From positions 668,872 to 732,871 of the forward strand of contig MU061579.1 of the NCBI GenBank assembly GCA_013265495.1: DNA of 64,000 nucleotides. The letters are read 5' to 3'. How positions within the stretch are numbered: position 1 is the first letter of the stretch; each line of letters starts with the position of its first letter. A program made the translations under genes and the position numbers. Below, one piece after another: positions 52,301 to 64,000 of this stretch. Under the pieces are notes generated by a model. The model saw only the letters and a program-made list of their open reading frames with translations, had not been told where the DNA came from and did not search any database. This DNA comes from Vicugna vicugna (lineage: Eukaryota).

Positions 52301-53679
52301 AATTTAAAAGACTGCACTTCATTTCCTGTGCTCAATGTACTTTACATATAAGAGAATAATTGCAGAGATACTCAATTGATCTAGGTGTTAAGTATTATTA
52401 TCCCTATTTTATGGAAATGGAATTACAGTTGACAAGGCTCAGGGGGTCAATCCAGCTGGGAAAATAAAAACTATTAATCTAAATCAATAGCATAATGCTG
52501 GCTGACCTAGTGCCCTTGAATAAATCATTTAGCTTCAATCTCCTTGTCTGAAGACAATGACAGAAGGCGAAAAAATTATCATCAAAGAGTTCAAACCAAA
52601 TATAGAATGGGTTTGAGCTTTTATAATCATATAATATCCTGACCCTAGTGTCATATGGCAAAAAGGAGGTTGCACTGATTGAGAAATGGGACACTAAATG
52701 TTTAAATAAATACCACAAGGCGAGCAAGTGATATAGTTTTATAAAGTACTTTAAACTCTGACTTCCAGGCAAATACTTTTAACCAGAACACGCCAAGCAG
52801 CATTTATATATATATAGAAAATATATATATATTCATATTCACATATATACATATATTCTCAAAGTTTATTTTTGATTTAAATTCCAGGATATCTATAAAT
52901 GTGTTTTCTTTTACTTAACAAGTATGTATTTATTTGACTTAGTGTCAGGAAACTTAAATCCATTTATACTGGCACATTTATTGAGTTGTAAGTGTCCAAG
53001 CTATACATTTCTGAATATGGAATTTCTGATTTGAAATAAAAAATCGTGTTTATATTCTGCTTGTGCTGTCCTTGATCCATTTTTTAAACTAAAATCTGTA
53101 TATCTCATTGAATATTCCATCAGCTGAAAACATCTCAATAGGATCACATTCCAAAATGTGAATACATGGCAATAGGGTAATTTTAGCTCCTTCATTTGTT
53201 TTTCAACGAGTGTTCCAAATACCTAGTCTTGTTTCAAAAATGAAAAGAAACAGAAGAAGAAGAAGCAGCAGCTAATTTTAAAAAATTATTCTGTTGGTTT
53301 TAAAATGGGAGATGGGGCCTCTAAATAGAATTTAATTCAGTTATTGATCTTTCCATGTTTGATTTATTGACCAGAAATACCATATTCAAGTCACCAATAA
53401 ACATTACTTTAATTAAGATGAATATTATTATATAAAGTTTTTTTCCCCAGGAAACCATTTGAGTCCAATCAAGTGTTTATAGAATTTTTGACTGCACTTT
53501 GTCACTGAGAAATTTTGACATTTGCTAAATAACTTGTCACGTATTAATTGTTTCAAAGTAAAATTATTTACTTACAAAGTATATGTTTGCCAAACATGAA
53601 AGGAGCTACTTGTGTTACACTCATTTATCCTCATGTATTTTTACGTAAGCATTGGTGGGAAACCCATGGCCTATGATTA

Positions 53680-53824
53680 CGTATTGGACTACGGTCCATC
53701 CTAATGACCTCATTTTAACTCTATCTTTTAAAGACCTATCTGCAAATACAGTTACATTCCAAAGAACTGGAGGTCAAAAACTTCAACATATGAATTTTAG
53801 GGGGACACAATTTATTTCATAACA
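53680..53824 (-). mobile_element. MLT1 (MaLR) LTR 5' fragment
   Basis: 'cctaatgacctcattttaact...aaagacctatctgcaaatacagttacattcc...cttcaacatatgaattttagggggacacaatttatttcataaca'. Confidence 0.85.
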
Positions 53825-55083
53825 GGTACATTAATTTACCTTCATGTTATTTAACTTTCTCGTGTTTGTTATACTTTATACATAGTTGTACCACAACATC
53901 TGCAACTTTTGTTTGTTGATATATTTTTAAAAATACCACGTATGTGATGGTTTCTCTCTATAGCACCCTGTTGTCTGAAGAACAAGATGTGCCTTTTGTT
54001 TTTGTTGTTGGGTCATGCATTGTTGACTTTCTTACTCATTAATCATTATTAGTAAAATGAAAAGCTTGCAAAGTGGATGTTTCCTTTTCATATGCAATTC
54101 AATACACACAAATATCTTGATTTTAATAAAGATCTGTTTGCCCATGCTACATTTCCCTTAAATTTGATATCTGTGTTTCTCTAACTCAGGCAGATCATTT
54201 TTCCGCTTCCCTAGATTCAGTGGTATTTATATTTCTAACTTTTTCTAATCAATGTTCAAAGTATAATAACTCTTTTTGAAAGTTTCAAATCTAACCTATT
54301 TTAAGGGTAAATGCAATTCTTGCAGTTTTGTTCCTTGGTTCTTTTGAAACTGGCTTCCAGATGCATTTATTCAATTTCTTTAATTTTGATTCCTGTTAAG
54401 TTTGTAGTTGAAATTTCTGAATCTTATTTCAGAGTGATCATTTTAAGCAGGTTTAGTAAGATGGTTATTTTATACCTCTGCATGAATGTATATGGAATGA
54501 GCACTTGAATAAATTATGTTTTATGTAATTTCAGAACAGTATTTTCTTAGATAAGTTTAATCAATTCTAATACAATTCCAGATGCTGACAACATGTAGAT
54601 TCTTGGTAAACGTGTTATTGATTGAATAATAAGGCCTCCTTTTCAGAACTGTTTTAAATATTGGATTTGATAATCTTCATGCCTCTTTTCTTTGCTACTA
54701 TTGAAAGCAGATATTTGTTAAATATCATATGTAAAATGCAGCTCTTTCTGTCTTGATATGCATTGAAGAACTCACGCTTTGTATTTTGCTATTTGAGGTG
54801 TTTTTTCTGACTTCTCACCCTTTTCCTGTCATTATAACGCATACATGCAGCTTGCTTATGAGAGACTCATTTGATGAAGCCTCCACCATAACAAGATTTT
54901 GATGAGTTTGCCTGCAGGTAGCATCCTACCTCTCTTAGTTAAATATTTTCAACATAAAACCATTATGACAAATTTCAACTTAATCTTTTTACCTTATATG
55001 GAGGAGCTGATTAGAATCCATAACTTATCCGATACATTAAATTAAATTGTCCTTTACAAATATTTATAATATTCTTAACCCTT

Positions 55084-55494
55084 TGAGGTGCACAGGCTGC
55101 TGGAGGAGGTCATCAGGAGGACATGACTGCCAACTGACTCAAGAGCTGGGCCTGGGCATTGGAAGGCTCCTCACTCCCCTTCTCTATCCTTAGTAATTAC
55201 ACTCTGCCCATCGTTCCACAGTGGGAGCTGCTTTCAAGGACCCAGACTTGAGAGAGGAATGTGTTGTTTAGACTATCTGGCTGGTACAGATGACTGAACC
55301 CAGTTAAGATCTGTATATGAACTTTTGGATTCTGGCAGGTGAGTGTGGAGATTACTCGTCTTGCGGCCACTCAAGACGAACCTTGTATGTAAGTTCCCTC
55401 GCTTATTAACCCTATCACCTACCAATCGGGAGTGGCCTGGCTCTTCCAGTCTCCTCATGCCCTCCCCATACGGGGGTCAGTTCATGAACCGACA
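55084..55494 (+). mobile_element. 5' LTR of a class III (ERVL-like) endogenous retrovirus
   Basis: Bounded by TG...CA (tgaggtg...accgaca), with TATA-like 'tgtatatgaac' near 55313 and poly(A)-signal-like 'tattaac' near 55404. It is followed 2 nt later by a PBS. Confidence 0.8.
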
Positions 55495-55496
55495 TG

Positions 55497-55514
55497 TGGC
55501 AAGCCAGCCAGGAG
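55497..55514 (+). promoter_or_regulatory. Retroviral primer-binding site, tRNA-Arg(ACG)
   Basis: tggcaagccagccaggag matches 17/18 the complement of the mammalian tRNA-Arg(ACG) 3' end (TGGCGAGCCAGCCAGGAG, recalled sequence). The single mismatch is a CpG-type G>A. Confidence 0.85.
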
Positions 55515-56040
55515 ACTGAAGAAACGGGCTTTGGGAAGGAGGTGGCCACTGGGGAAATCCCATGTTGGCCATCTGCCTCTTTCTGGGGAGGGGCGGCCCA
55601 GAAGTTAGATGCCTATGGACTACCATGTGAGTGCAGGGACACCCCTGAAATGCTGGTCTGATGTGACTGAGGAACTGCACAAAACACACTGGGGCAAAGA
55701 TGGAAGATGAATGGCTGCTGCATTGAGCAGCCTTTACTGTGGACTGGTCGGCTGTACACTGATAACCAAACAAAAGGCTGAAACTTGCGTCAGAAAGTTG
55801 GAGGAAGAGCTGAGGACATAGAAGGATGTGCAGATGTCCACTGCTCTGCAGGCTTCAGAGCTGGCCGACAAAGTGGGAGAGCAAGATAATAAATTAGACA
55901 CCTTTGGTGCCGTTTTGCAAAGCTGGTAGGGAGCAAGCTGCAGTGGATTAAGATCTGAGCTCTTGTGATAAAGCCTGATTAGGATGATGAGAGGTGGAAT
56001 CCCTGGGAAAATGAGAACAAAGGAGAGGATGTTGTGGTGA
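55515..56040 (+). pseudogene. Decayed gag N-terminal region of an ERVL-like provirus
   Basis: Manual translation gives coiled-coil-like TKQKAETCVRKLEEELRT*KDVQMSTALQASELADKVGEQDNKLD, then after a frameshift KLQWIKI*ALVIKPD*DDERWNPWENE. This resembles the ERV-L/MaLR gag motif VKVRALIGKEWDP..W. Confidence 0.6.
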
Positions 56041-56424
56041 TTGACAATGCAAGGGATGGACAAGCTCCCCATGCAGCTCATTTTCTGATAAGAAGCAACA
56101 TTTTAAATAGCAATTGCCTTAGACTTATGATAATAGAGAAATGTACCCTGAGCCTCCTAGGAGGAAACTTGCATTCTTTCTCTGTTCTTAGAAGATGTAA
56201 ATCTCCTTGTGTCTTTGAAATGTAAACACCCCAGGAGATATCTAAAACCCTGCCCCAGGATTGCTTGAGAATGAGCAGAAAAGAAAAGGAAAAAAAAAAG
56301 GGAAAAGAGCCTTTTTAAAAATACAGACTGCTATAGAAGCTCCCTTTCCCAGACTCTAGTCCACGATCTCCATGAGATTATTTGTCAAAGGCAAATACAA
56401 ATCTTGAAAGTCTTCCTCTTAAGT

Positions 56425-57485
56425 CGTGTGGGCTGAAGGCTGGGCCTCATGGCTAAGTGGGCTGCTGATTTTGCTTCCTTTCGGACCAAGTCACTGGCTG
56501 GGCTGTTTGGTTGGAGGGGCTGCCAGCTGTAACCAGCACACGGGCGGGACCAGAGACAGTGTGCTCGGACGGGGTCAGTGTCTCGGGCTCCCTTATCATG
56601 TGGAGCTGTAGGCTCTGCTCGGTGACTGGACTGGGTCGCTGCCTGGGCTCCTTGCCTGAGCAAGGCTGCAGACCGTGTTCAACAATCAGGCAATGTCTAG
56701 ACTGGGCTCTGCAGCTGGGTGGTACTGTAGGCTGGGTTCCAAGGCCGTCCAGGGTCACTGCTAGGTGTCCCTTGTTGTGTGGGGCCCCAGAATACCTATC
56801 ATAGCTGGGCAGGACTGCTGGTCTGGCACTCTGCTTTGGGATGATGAGCTCCAAGGCTGTGGGGATTCTCTGATTGAGCTTCCTGGTTATGCAGCACTGG
56901 GGACAATATTCAGCAGTAGGAGGGGCTAGTTAATTGCTTTCCTCCCTGGGCAATACCAGAGGATGGATTCTGGCTGATGACCCAAACCAGGCAGACCTGC
57001 GCATTAAGCTTCCAGGCAGACCAGGTCACTGGCTTGGATTTCCTGGCTGGGAACTCAGCTGGGGCACAGTTTCAAGGAATAATGCTCTTTGCCAACATCT
57101 GAGTATGGGTGGCTGTAATCCCTGCCCCATTCTTCTCTGTTCCTATCTGATCCTCAGTGGCCAAGCCTGGCAGATTTCCCCAATGATCCCTGTGAAGGGA
57201 GACTCAAGTGGGCCACCTTGGAATTGCGAGAGCTGGGTGTCCATCTTGCATTATTTTTCCAACTAGAGAAACCCTAGATCCAGCCTTGGGGATGGACAAT
57301 GTGGTCAGTGTATCTACTCATTCACTTTTCTAATGCTGCCCTTCTAGGTCTCTGTGGCTCTGGGATTGCTTCAACCTAGCAGTAGCCAGGTTCTGAGATT
57401 TTTACATACATGTCTTATTTATGGGTAGTTGATGACTGGTCTTCTTGTGGTGGGGACAAAAGTTGGGAATATCCTTGAAGATTTC
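56425..57485 (-). mobile_element. L1M 5' UTR fragment (GC-richer, internally repetitive)
   Basis: Recurring 'ctgggctc/ggctggg...gctgtaggct' units, then 'cctgccccattcttctctgttcc...gatccctgtgaagggagac...gctgggtgtcca', typical of antisense L1M2/M3 5' ends. Confidence 0.6.
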
Positions 57486-57569
57486 ATTTTTATCCATTTT
57501 TCCCCTTTATTTTCCACACAGTATTCTCATTCTCTATTGATAGAAATCATTTAATTAATGAATATCTAG

Positions 57570-57735
57570 CTCAGCTCATTTTTCTATTAAATCTTCCTTG
57601 TAGACTCTATCCACATTAGGTCCCTTCCAGTTCCATGAGGTCCAGGAATGTGTTCTTTTCTGTGCAATGTGATATTCTCAATGGCAAATACAGTGGCTAA
57701 TTCATACTGAATGTTCACTGAATATTACTGAATTG
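57570..57735 (+). mobile_element. L2 3' end fragment
   Basis: 'agttccatgaggtccaggaatgtgttcttttc...atacagtggctaattcatactgaatgttcactgaatattactgaattg'. Confidence 0.5.
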
Positions 57736-60700
57736 ATGCTTTCAATAGATTGAAAGTGAAGTGTTCTATAAAGATAGTTTTCCTCAACCTTTTGAGAAAT
57801 AAAATCTCATGCTTTATAATATGTTAAAGTAAAACATAATGAGGAATAAATTAGCAAATAGATTTTCCACTTGAATGCAATAAATTTAGTAGTTAAAAAT
57901 GATAATTGGATCTCCCCAGTAATGACTGGTTAGCAAATCTGTAGCAAAAGAAAAATCAGCTTTGAAATTCCTTATGGCCAAAAAACTTTACAAATATTTT
58001 CATTTATTACATTTTTAAATTCCTCTTGAACATATATTATAAAAGGAAATTTAAATCCAAGTATTTTTTTCTTGAACACCATCATCTTCCTGCCTACTAT
58101 TCATCTATTTTCTACAGACATGTCTCCGTTAGTTAATTAAGGTGATATCAATGCTTAGGGGGGAAAAGAATAAAAGGAAAAAATGAACAAAAGAGAGAAA
58201 TCATAAAAGAAATTGAGAGAAAAAAAGGGAACTTCATGCATTTTACACTATTTACTTTTTAAAAAAAAGTTTACTGTGTCTTACTAGTTATATCATTTTC
58301 TTTACTAACTTAAAACATTCCTTTTATGACTATCTTTCCAGAAAACAAATGCCAATGATGTAAAATCAACAATAACCTAAGGGTTAAATTGTTTTTAAAA
58401 AACATAGAGCCCTTAATACTAAGTACTGTCATATTTTGTCATCTTTTGATGTCATTATGAATCTATTTATTGATAAGAAACTTTTAATTCAAGAGAAACA
58501 TTTAAATTCAAGAGAAATAATTTAAATTACTACCTGACATACTACCTGACATACTGATCACACTAATCTGGAAGCACATGGAACAACTGTTAGTAATAAT
58601 AGTCAATCAAAGTTTGTGTTACAAAGGATTGCAAAGTGATTCATGCCTAAATGTCTCGGCAAATTCTCAGAAGCTCTGACTTTTTTGCAACATTTTCCCA
58701 TACAAGTATATAATCAATAGTCAAATTATTTTCCCAAAGGAAGTGAAATATGAAGGCCTGGTTTTTCACTTAATCTAACTTTAGATTAAATCTCAGATTT
58801 GAAATACAAACTTTTAAAAAGAACTGTATATGTAGACATATAACAGTCTATAAATATAGTCATCTTTACTGTAGCCAAATATTTTTATGGTCATTTATTT
58901 TTTAATCCTACTTAATAACCAAAACAAACAAACAAAAAAAGTGATTTCTACAAACTGTGCCTGTAAAATTTTTGTCATAAAGAGAAAGATAAAAAATGCT
59001 TGCATTCTTAGAAATAATGTTCAAGATCAGTTTATACTGTCATGATCTCCATAAACTAAATCAGAAGTAGTGTCCAAATATGTTTACATGATTTTGTTTT
59101 GGCATAGGCATACTAAAATACTGGATATTTGCCCCCTTCACCGTCTGACACCCATGACTGTCAGCACAAAAAACATAGAAGATCACCAGTAAAACATCAT
59201 TATGCAAAAATCATGAAAATATATAACTTTGGCTATAATCTCATGTGAGATGTATTTTTTATGAGAATTGACTACAAGTGATTTGATTCATTGAGAACTC
59301 ACTTATAATATCTTAATCAAGATCACTTTCATTATTGTCTTCTTGTTAAGGGAGCAAATACCTGGATCATCTCATCTGTCCAACTGTCATGAATTTTCTA
59401 GAGGTGGAACTTTAAGGATCTAATGATAGAAATAAAAGTGTATGACAAGATCAAGTAAAAACATAAATGGAGATCCCTGGAAGTGTGGTTCTCTTTTCTA
59501 TTCCTGGCAGGATTGTTTACATTTTAGTTTCTTTTTCATCAATGTTGCCTTCATGGCATCCATTCTGAAGAAAATGATCAATCCTGAGAGAATAGAAATA
59601 GATTGTACCCTTGAGCTCTCTGAATTTTGATTTTACTTTCACGGGTGCCTCTGAAGATAACTTCCACTTTTACAATCCAAATGTGATTGCTCTTTCCATG
59701 ACAAAATTAACCATATTATAAGAAACAATAGGAAAACATACTTATCAACTACCAATTCAATGATGATAAAATACGCAGTGTAAATTTCTGGTCAAAGTTT
59801 TTTTCCTTCTCCTAAATTTTGCTATTCTGATTTTATGAACATTTGCTTAAGTGTCTACTAATGAGGGACAGTGTATAATATGAGGTATGCTTAAATTTTA
59901 GTATCATAGGCATCTACTTTTTACCTTTTCTCCAAGAACTTCATTCTTAGTATCTTGAACATAACATGAAATGTTTGTTAAAGAAGAACTTAACAGACAT
60001 TATTTTTTAAAATAGTGCTCAAAATAGCATTCCTCTTTCACTGGACCTACAAGCTTTGTTGACAGTTTGAATACGCAGGCCATTAATTAATTCTGCTTAA
60101 TCTGTAAATTGACAAGCGTTCAATTATCTATGCTTCATCAGATGTCACAGGTTGTCTTTTTAAAGTTGATTCATTTGTGTTTATGAACAATTTTGCTTCA
60201 TGACACACTGTCATATTAACAGATGGCAGAAGTAGTTGGCAAGTAAGTCTTCTCGATTCCACTCACCTCTTCCTCTTTTGAGTACCTCCTTGATATCTTG
60301 TACCATCAGTGCTCATATCTGGTATGCCGAGTACTCAGCCAAGTTCGTATATTCCCTGTCCTATTACCATTGCTTCACTGCACTGGCCTTCTGTTACAGA
60401 ATCTCTTCCCACCTGCTTTATCATGAATGCTCTGCTAAATAATGATTTTTTGATGTACACAACTCTCTTTATTCTTCCTCTCTCCTCGTCTTTCAAATTA
60501 AAAATTGTCCTGACCCAAAGATTCTATAGCAGTATAATTCCCATTCACTTTGTTCCTAGATTATACCAATGTCTATATCTTAATATTTGAATGAAATGGT
60601 TTAATACATATCTTCCACCTGCTAATTAAACCACATTTACCTTTTTCTGTAATTTTTTTTACCCTTTCATTTTTTCTTTTGTTGTTGTGTACTGCTCCTT

Positions 60701-61324
60701 CATAATTAAAATTTGCTTATTTTTTTAAACCCAGAATGCCTTTTTTTCCAATTGGTTAAGATAAATAACTCTTTCTACTAAAGCGTCACTTCAGTCTCAC
60801 TTCACCTCATGATGAGTTGTCTTCATCTTAGGGTGACCATGCGCATCTTTAAAATCTGCTAAGGAGGCTCTGCTAAGGACGGATACATTTTATTTGGTCT
60901 AGATGGATAGTCCCATGGTGTTGCAATCACGTCTGTGACTAGTACTTCTAGCAATAACTAGTATCTCTAGTAGAAAGACTTCAGGAGTTTTTCGATAATT
61001 ATGCAAAACTGGAAATCCCCTGAAAATGTTCTGCAAAACTAGGATCTAAATTATGTAAAAACGGAAGGGGCAGAAGAGTTAAAATTAAAATTGGAGCAGA
61101 AGCTGACTTGTGTGAAATTTGTGTAATCATCAGATGTATAAATGTTAAGAGGAGATCTGTTTCCCTTCAACAAGTCAAAACAGTAGCTCTTCCACATCAT
61201 CAATATATTCAACTATTCAGCCTTTTCTTAAGTCCGCCATTACGTTTCATCATCAACTGTCCCTAAAACACTTGGATTCAACTCTTCCTACACCGTTTTC
61301 TTTTTTTTACTGAATAAATTGCCA

Positions 61325-61869
61325 ATATTTTAAAGTAAAGCATGATTTTTATATACCCATAGCATATTTGAGCCATTTAAAAGTATGTAATTCAATGGCA
61401 TTAGGTATTTGCAAAACTTGGAAACTGAAATTCTATATACATTAAAGAATAACTCTGCATCCCCTCCTCCTTCCAGAATCATTATTCTATTTACTATTTC
61501 AATGTATTTAACTACTCGAATTACTTCATATGGGGGAAATCATATAGTATTTACCTTTTTGTTACTGGCTTCTTTCATTTAGTTTAATGTCTTCAAGATT
61601 CATCCATGTTGTAGCATGTATCAGAATTTCCTTCCTTTATAAAGGTGAATAATATTCTATTTCACATATATACCACATTTTACTTATGCATACCTGTCAA
61701 TGGACACGTGTTGCTTTCACCTTTTTGACTATTGTGAATAATGCTGCTATGCATATTGATGTATAACTATTTGAGTCCAGGTTTTCAAAATTTTAAGTAT
61801 ATACTCAGAACTGGAATTGCTGGATCATGTGGTAATTCTAGTTTTAATTGTTTGAGGAATTACCATACA
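61325..61869 (-). mobile_element. L1MB-type 3' end
   Basis: 'ttcaagattcatccatgttgtagcatgtatcagaatttccttcctttataaaggtgaataatattc...gactattgtgaataatgctgctatg...ggaattgctggatcatgtggtaattctag'. Confidence 0.9.
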
Positions 61870-61904
61870 AGATAATTTTTATAACAGAAAAATTTCTGCT
61901 TTCT

Positions 61905-61946
61905 ACTGGGAAAAAAATCTGCAAGACTGGGAAAAAAATCTGCAAG
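61905..61946 (+). repeat. Perfect 21-bp tandem duplication (actgggaaaaaaatctgcaag x2)
   Basis: Read directly from the sequence. Confidence 0.95.
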
Positions 61947-63689
61947 TCTAGGAAGACTAGAGTTCTCTTTCTGGAACGACCAGAAACTCAAGTATCTCTG
62001 AGGTTCTTCTGGAGCCAAGAGGATGCTCAGTCTATCATGAAAGGTGTGAGTTCCTCATTTAGCCACAGATCCCTTTTCTACAACATTCAACTGCATCCTT
62101 TGCTTGTCCCTTAGTGGTATGTATTTTTGGGACCCCTGGCCTAGAGCTTAAGAGCTTAAGAGGATCTATACAAAAAGAGTGGTAAGAGAGAGAGTAGGAA
62201 GGAGGAAAACACCAAATACAAATGTGCTGCTGATGGACTAGAGCCTGCCTCAATCCGTAGGTCAAAATCAAGAAGGGAAGGGGGCTACAAGAGCAGGTAA
62301 AAGATTTTAAAAAAATGTGTATAAGAGAAATAAATAATGGAGTTGACTGAGAATCATTTATGAATATGAATGAGTCTGAGTTGTCATGGTTTAGTTAACT
62401 AACACCATTATCCCTCAGGAACATGGTTCAAATTTCAGTTTTCAATTAACTATAAATAACTGTGTAAAGTACAAACTTTGTTACTTGGTTCTGAGTCCAC
62501 AAAATGCCTCAGACTTAACAGATGTACAGTGTAATCAGTGACCAATTATGTCACTTCTTTCAAATGCTGGCAGTGATGGGTTACTGCACATCTGTTAGTC
62601 AGGGCATGCACGGAGAGGAAAGCATGTCGTTGTGTTACCTCTCCGTCTTCCAGTGGAAAACCAACATCACATGCCATTTTGTAAAATGAGATAATTGAAA
62701 AAGAACTGGCCATCAAAGATGAAAATGCATTGTATTTGTGAATTTAAGGATTTTCTGGTTAGCTCTGGTGCCAGATTTCTAAATCTAAGTGGAAATAGCA
62801 AGACACTGCCTACAGAAAGTAAGGTTAGGTCTGCCCTATAGTCTAATCACAGGAAGAATATACATTCTAGTTAGAAATTTCAAAGCACTTGGAAACTCTG
62901 CAGTGAGAATTTTCAATGAAACAGCAATGTCTTTAATGACAGTCAGGGTGAGATTTCACAAACCACAGTAGTTTGAAGGAGGAAGCATTAATGTTCAAGT
63001 GACAAAGTTGATAAAGTCATCTCAGCCCTGTAAACATTAGAGACAATTTAATGATTCCCAATCATCTTCTTCCAATTGGATTACTCCGTAGACTTTAGAA
63101 CATATTCAAAAACAGCTTCCTGCCTGATGAAGACTTTATATGCTATAAATCAAGACAACAGATATTTCAATGACAGACGAGACAGCAACCAGAGGTGACA
63201 ATGCCCAGCCAAGCAGACACAAAACAAACGTGTCCAGTTTTCATAACAGAAATTTGTTTCTTCACTAGCATCCTCAGCACTGGGGATGTGATGAGAGGTG
63301 ACACAAACAAGGGTAGTGAATCAGAATTGATGTTTGTCAAGTAAGAACAGAAAAGAGATACACTAGATAAACTTTTGGCACTTAACACTTAGAATTTGAT
63401 GCAGGAGCATTGTGCTGGGAGGTGGAGAAAGAGGAATGATATATTGAGAAAGGATGTGAATATGAATGGTTGTGCCATCAGTGCAGTGACATAATTGCTA
63501 GTTTGGGGATCACTCCACTGTATATGTTAGGGATGATTTGATTGATAGCAATAACACAAAAGAAGGCATTAAATATTGAATCCCTATGTGGGTCACCTCT
63601 CTCTCTCACACACACACACACAGAGGCAAACATGCACAAAACTATACTTGAATGAAGATTGAAACTCTGTTCATAATATTTGCATTCAT

Positions 63690-63950
63690 GTATCTTTGTG
63701 TATAAAAACTCTTATTTATACTATAACAACTGTGGGTAGCATTATTTGAAAGGAATACTCATATTTCATAATAGCAAAAGATGAATTTTTTTATTATTCA
63801 AACCTAAAAATGAACGTAAGGAATCTGAAAAAGTACTGACAGGATTGGTGAAATTATTACCTGAAACAAATGTGATATTATTAATGGAATAATATCAGTT
63901 TTTTTCTCAAATATTAACCCTGAAATCAGGAAAGTTAAAAAATGTTTTTC
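63690..63950 (+). mobile_element. Very old L1 ORF2 fragment
   Basis: 'tatttatactataacaac...catatttcataatagcaaaa...aaacctaaaaatgaacgtaaggaatct' resembles the post-RT ORF2 region. Confidence 0.4.
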
Positions 63951-64000
63951 TAGGTCCATTTGATCTTGGCTTAATGTTGCTATATTAATGAACTGTACCT

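Noticed and set aside
53001..53222. Minus-strand 64-aa ORF as a terminal coding exon
   Set aside because: No recognisable homology and no partner exons.
53830..54540. Possible antisense HAL1/L1 remnant
   Set aside because: Too decayed to support by eye.
56385..57266. GC-richer region with several overlapping ORFs as a promoter, CpG island or gene
   Set aside because: CpG density is modest and the sequence fits an antisense L1M 5' UTR. The ORFs reflect low stop-codon frequency.
60267..60434. Minus-strand exon ending at a strong donor (GAG|gtgagt at 60267)
   Set aside because: The nearest acceptor lacks a polypyrimidine tract and all three frames contain stops.

Overview
64 kb of AT-rich, CpG-depleted mammalian genomic DNA with no CpG island and no protein-coding exon I can support. 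It reads as intergenic or deep-intronic sequence. Two tRNA-derived SINEs resembling the camelid Vic-1 family, young cetartiodactyl-type L1 3' ends and no visible Alu, Bov-tA, Bov-B or PRE-1 point to a camelid (alpaca, llama or camel). Much of the window is transposon debris: old L1M/HAL1, L2, MIR, MaLR/ERVL LTRs, and Tigger and Charlie DNA transposons. All recognisable ORFs are decayed L1 ORF2, hAT transposase or gag fragments. The most notable items are (1) a truncated class III (ERV-L-like) provirus whose primer-binding site matches tRNA-Arg(ACG) rather than tRNA-Leu, (2) two long imperfect inverted repeats in otherwise unique DNA (62504-62607 and 50413-50550), (3) a 102-nt candidate non-coding exon with strong splice sites, (4) several repeat-free blocks that look like conserved enhancers, and (5) a multi-layer nested retrotransposon stack with visible target-site duplications. 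I found no convincing novel biological system. Repeat subfamily names are recalled from memory, not from a search, and boundaries of old repeats are approximate.
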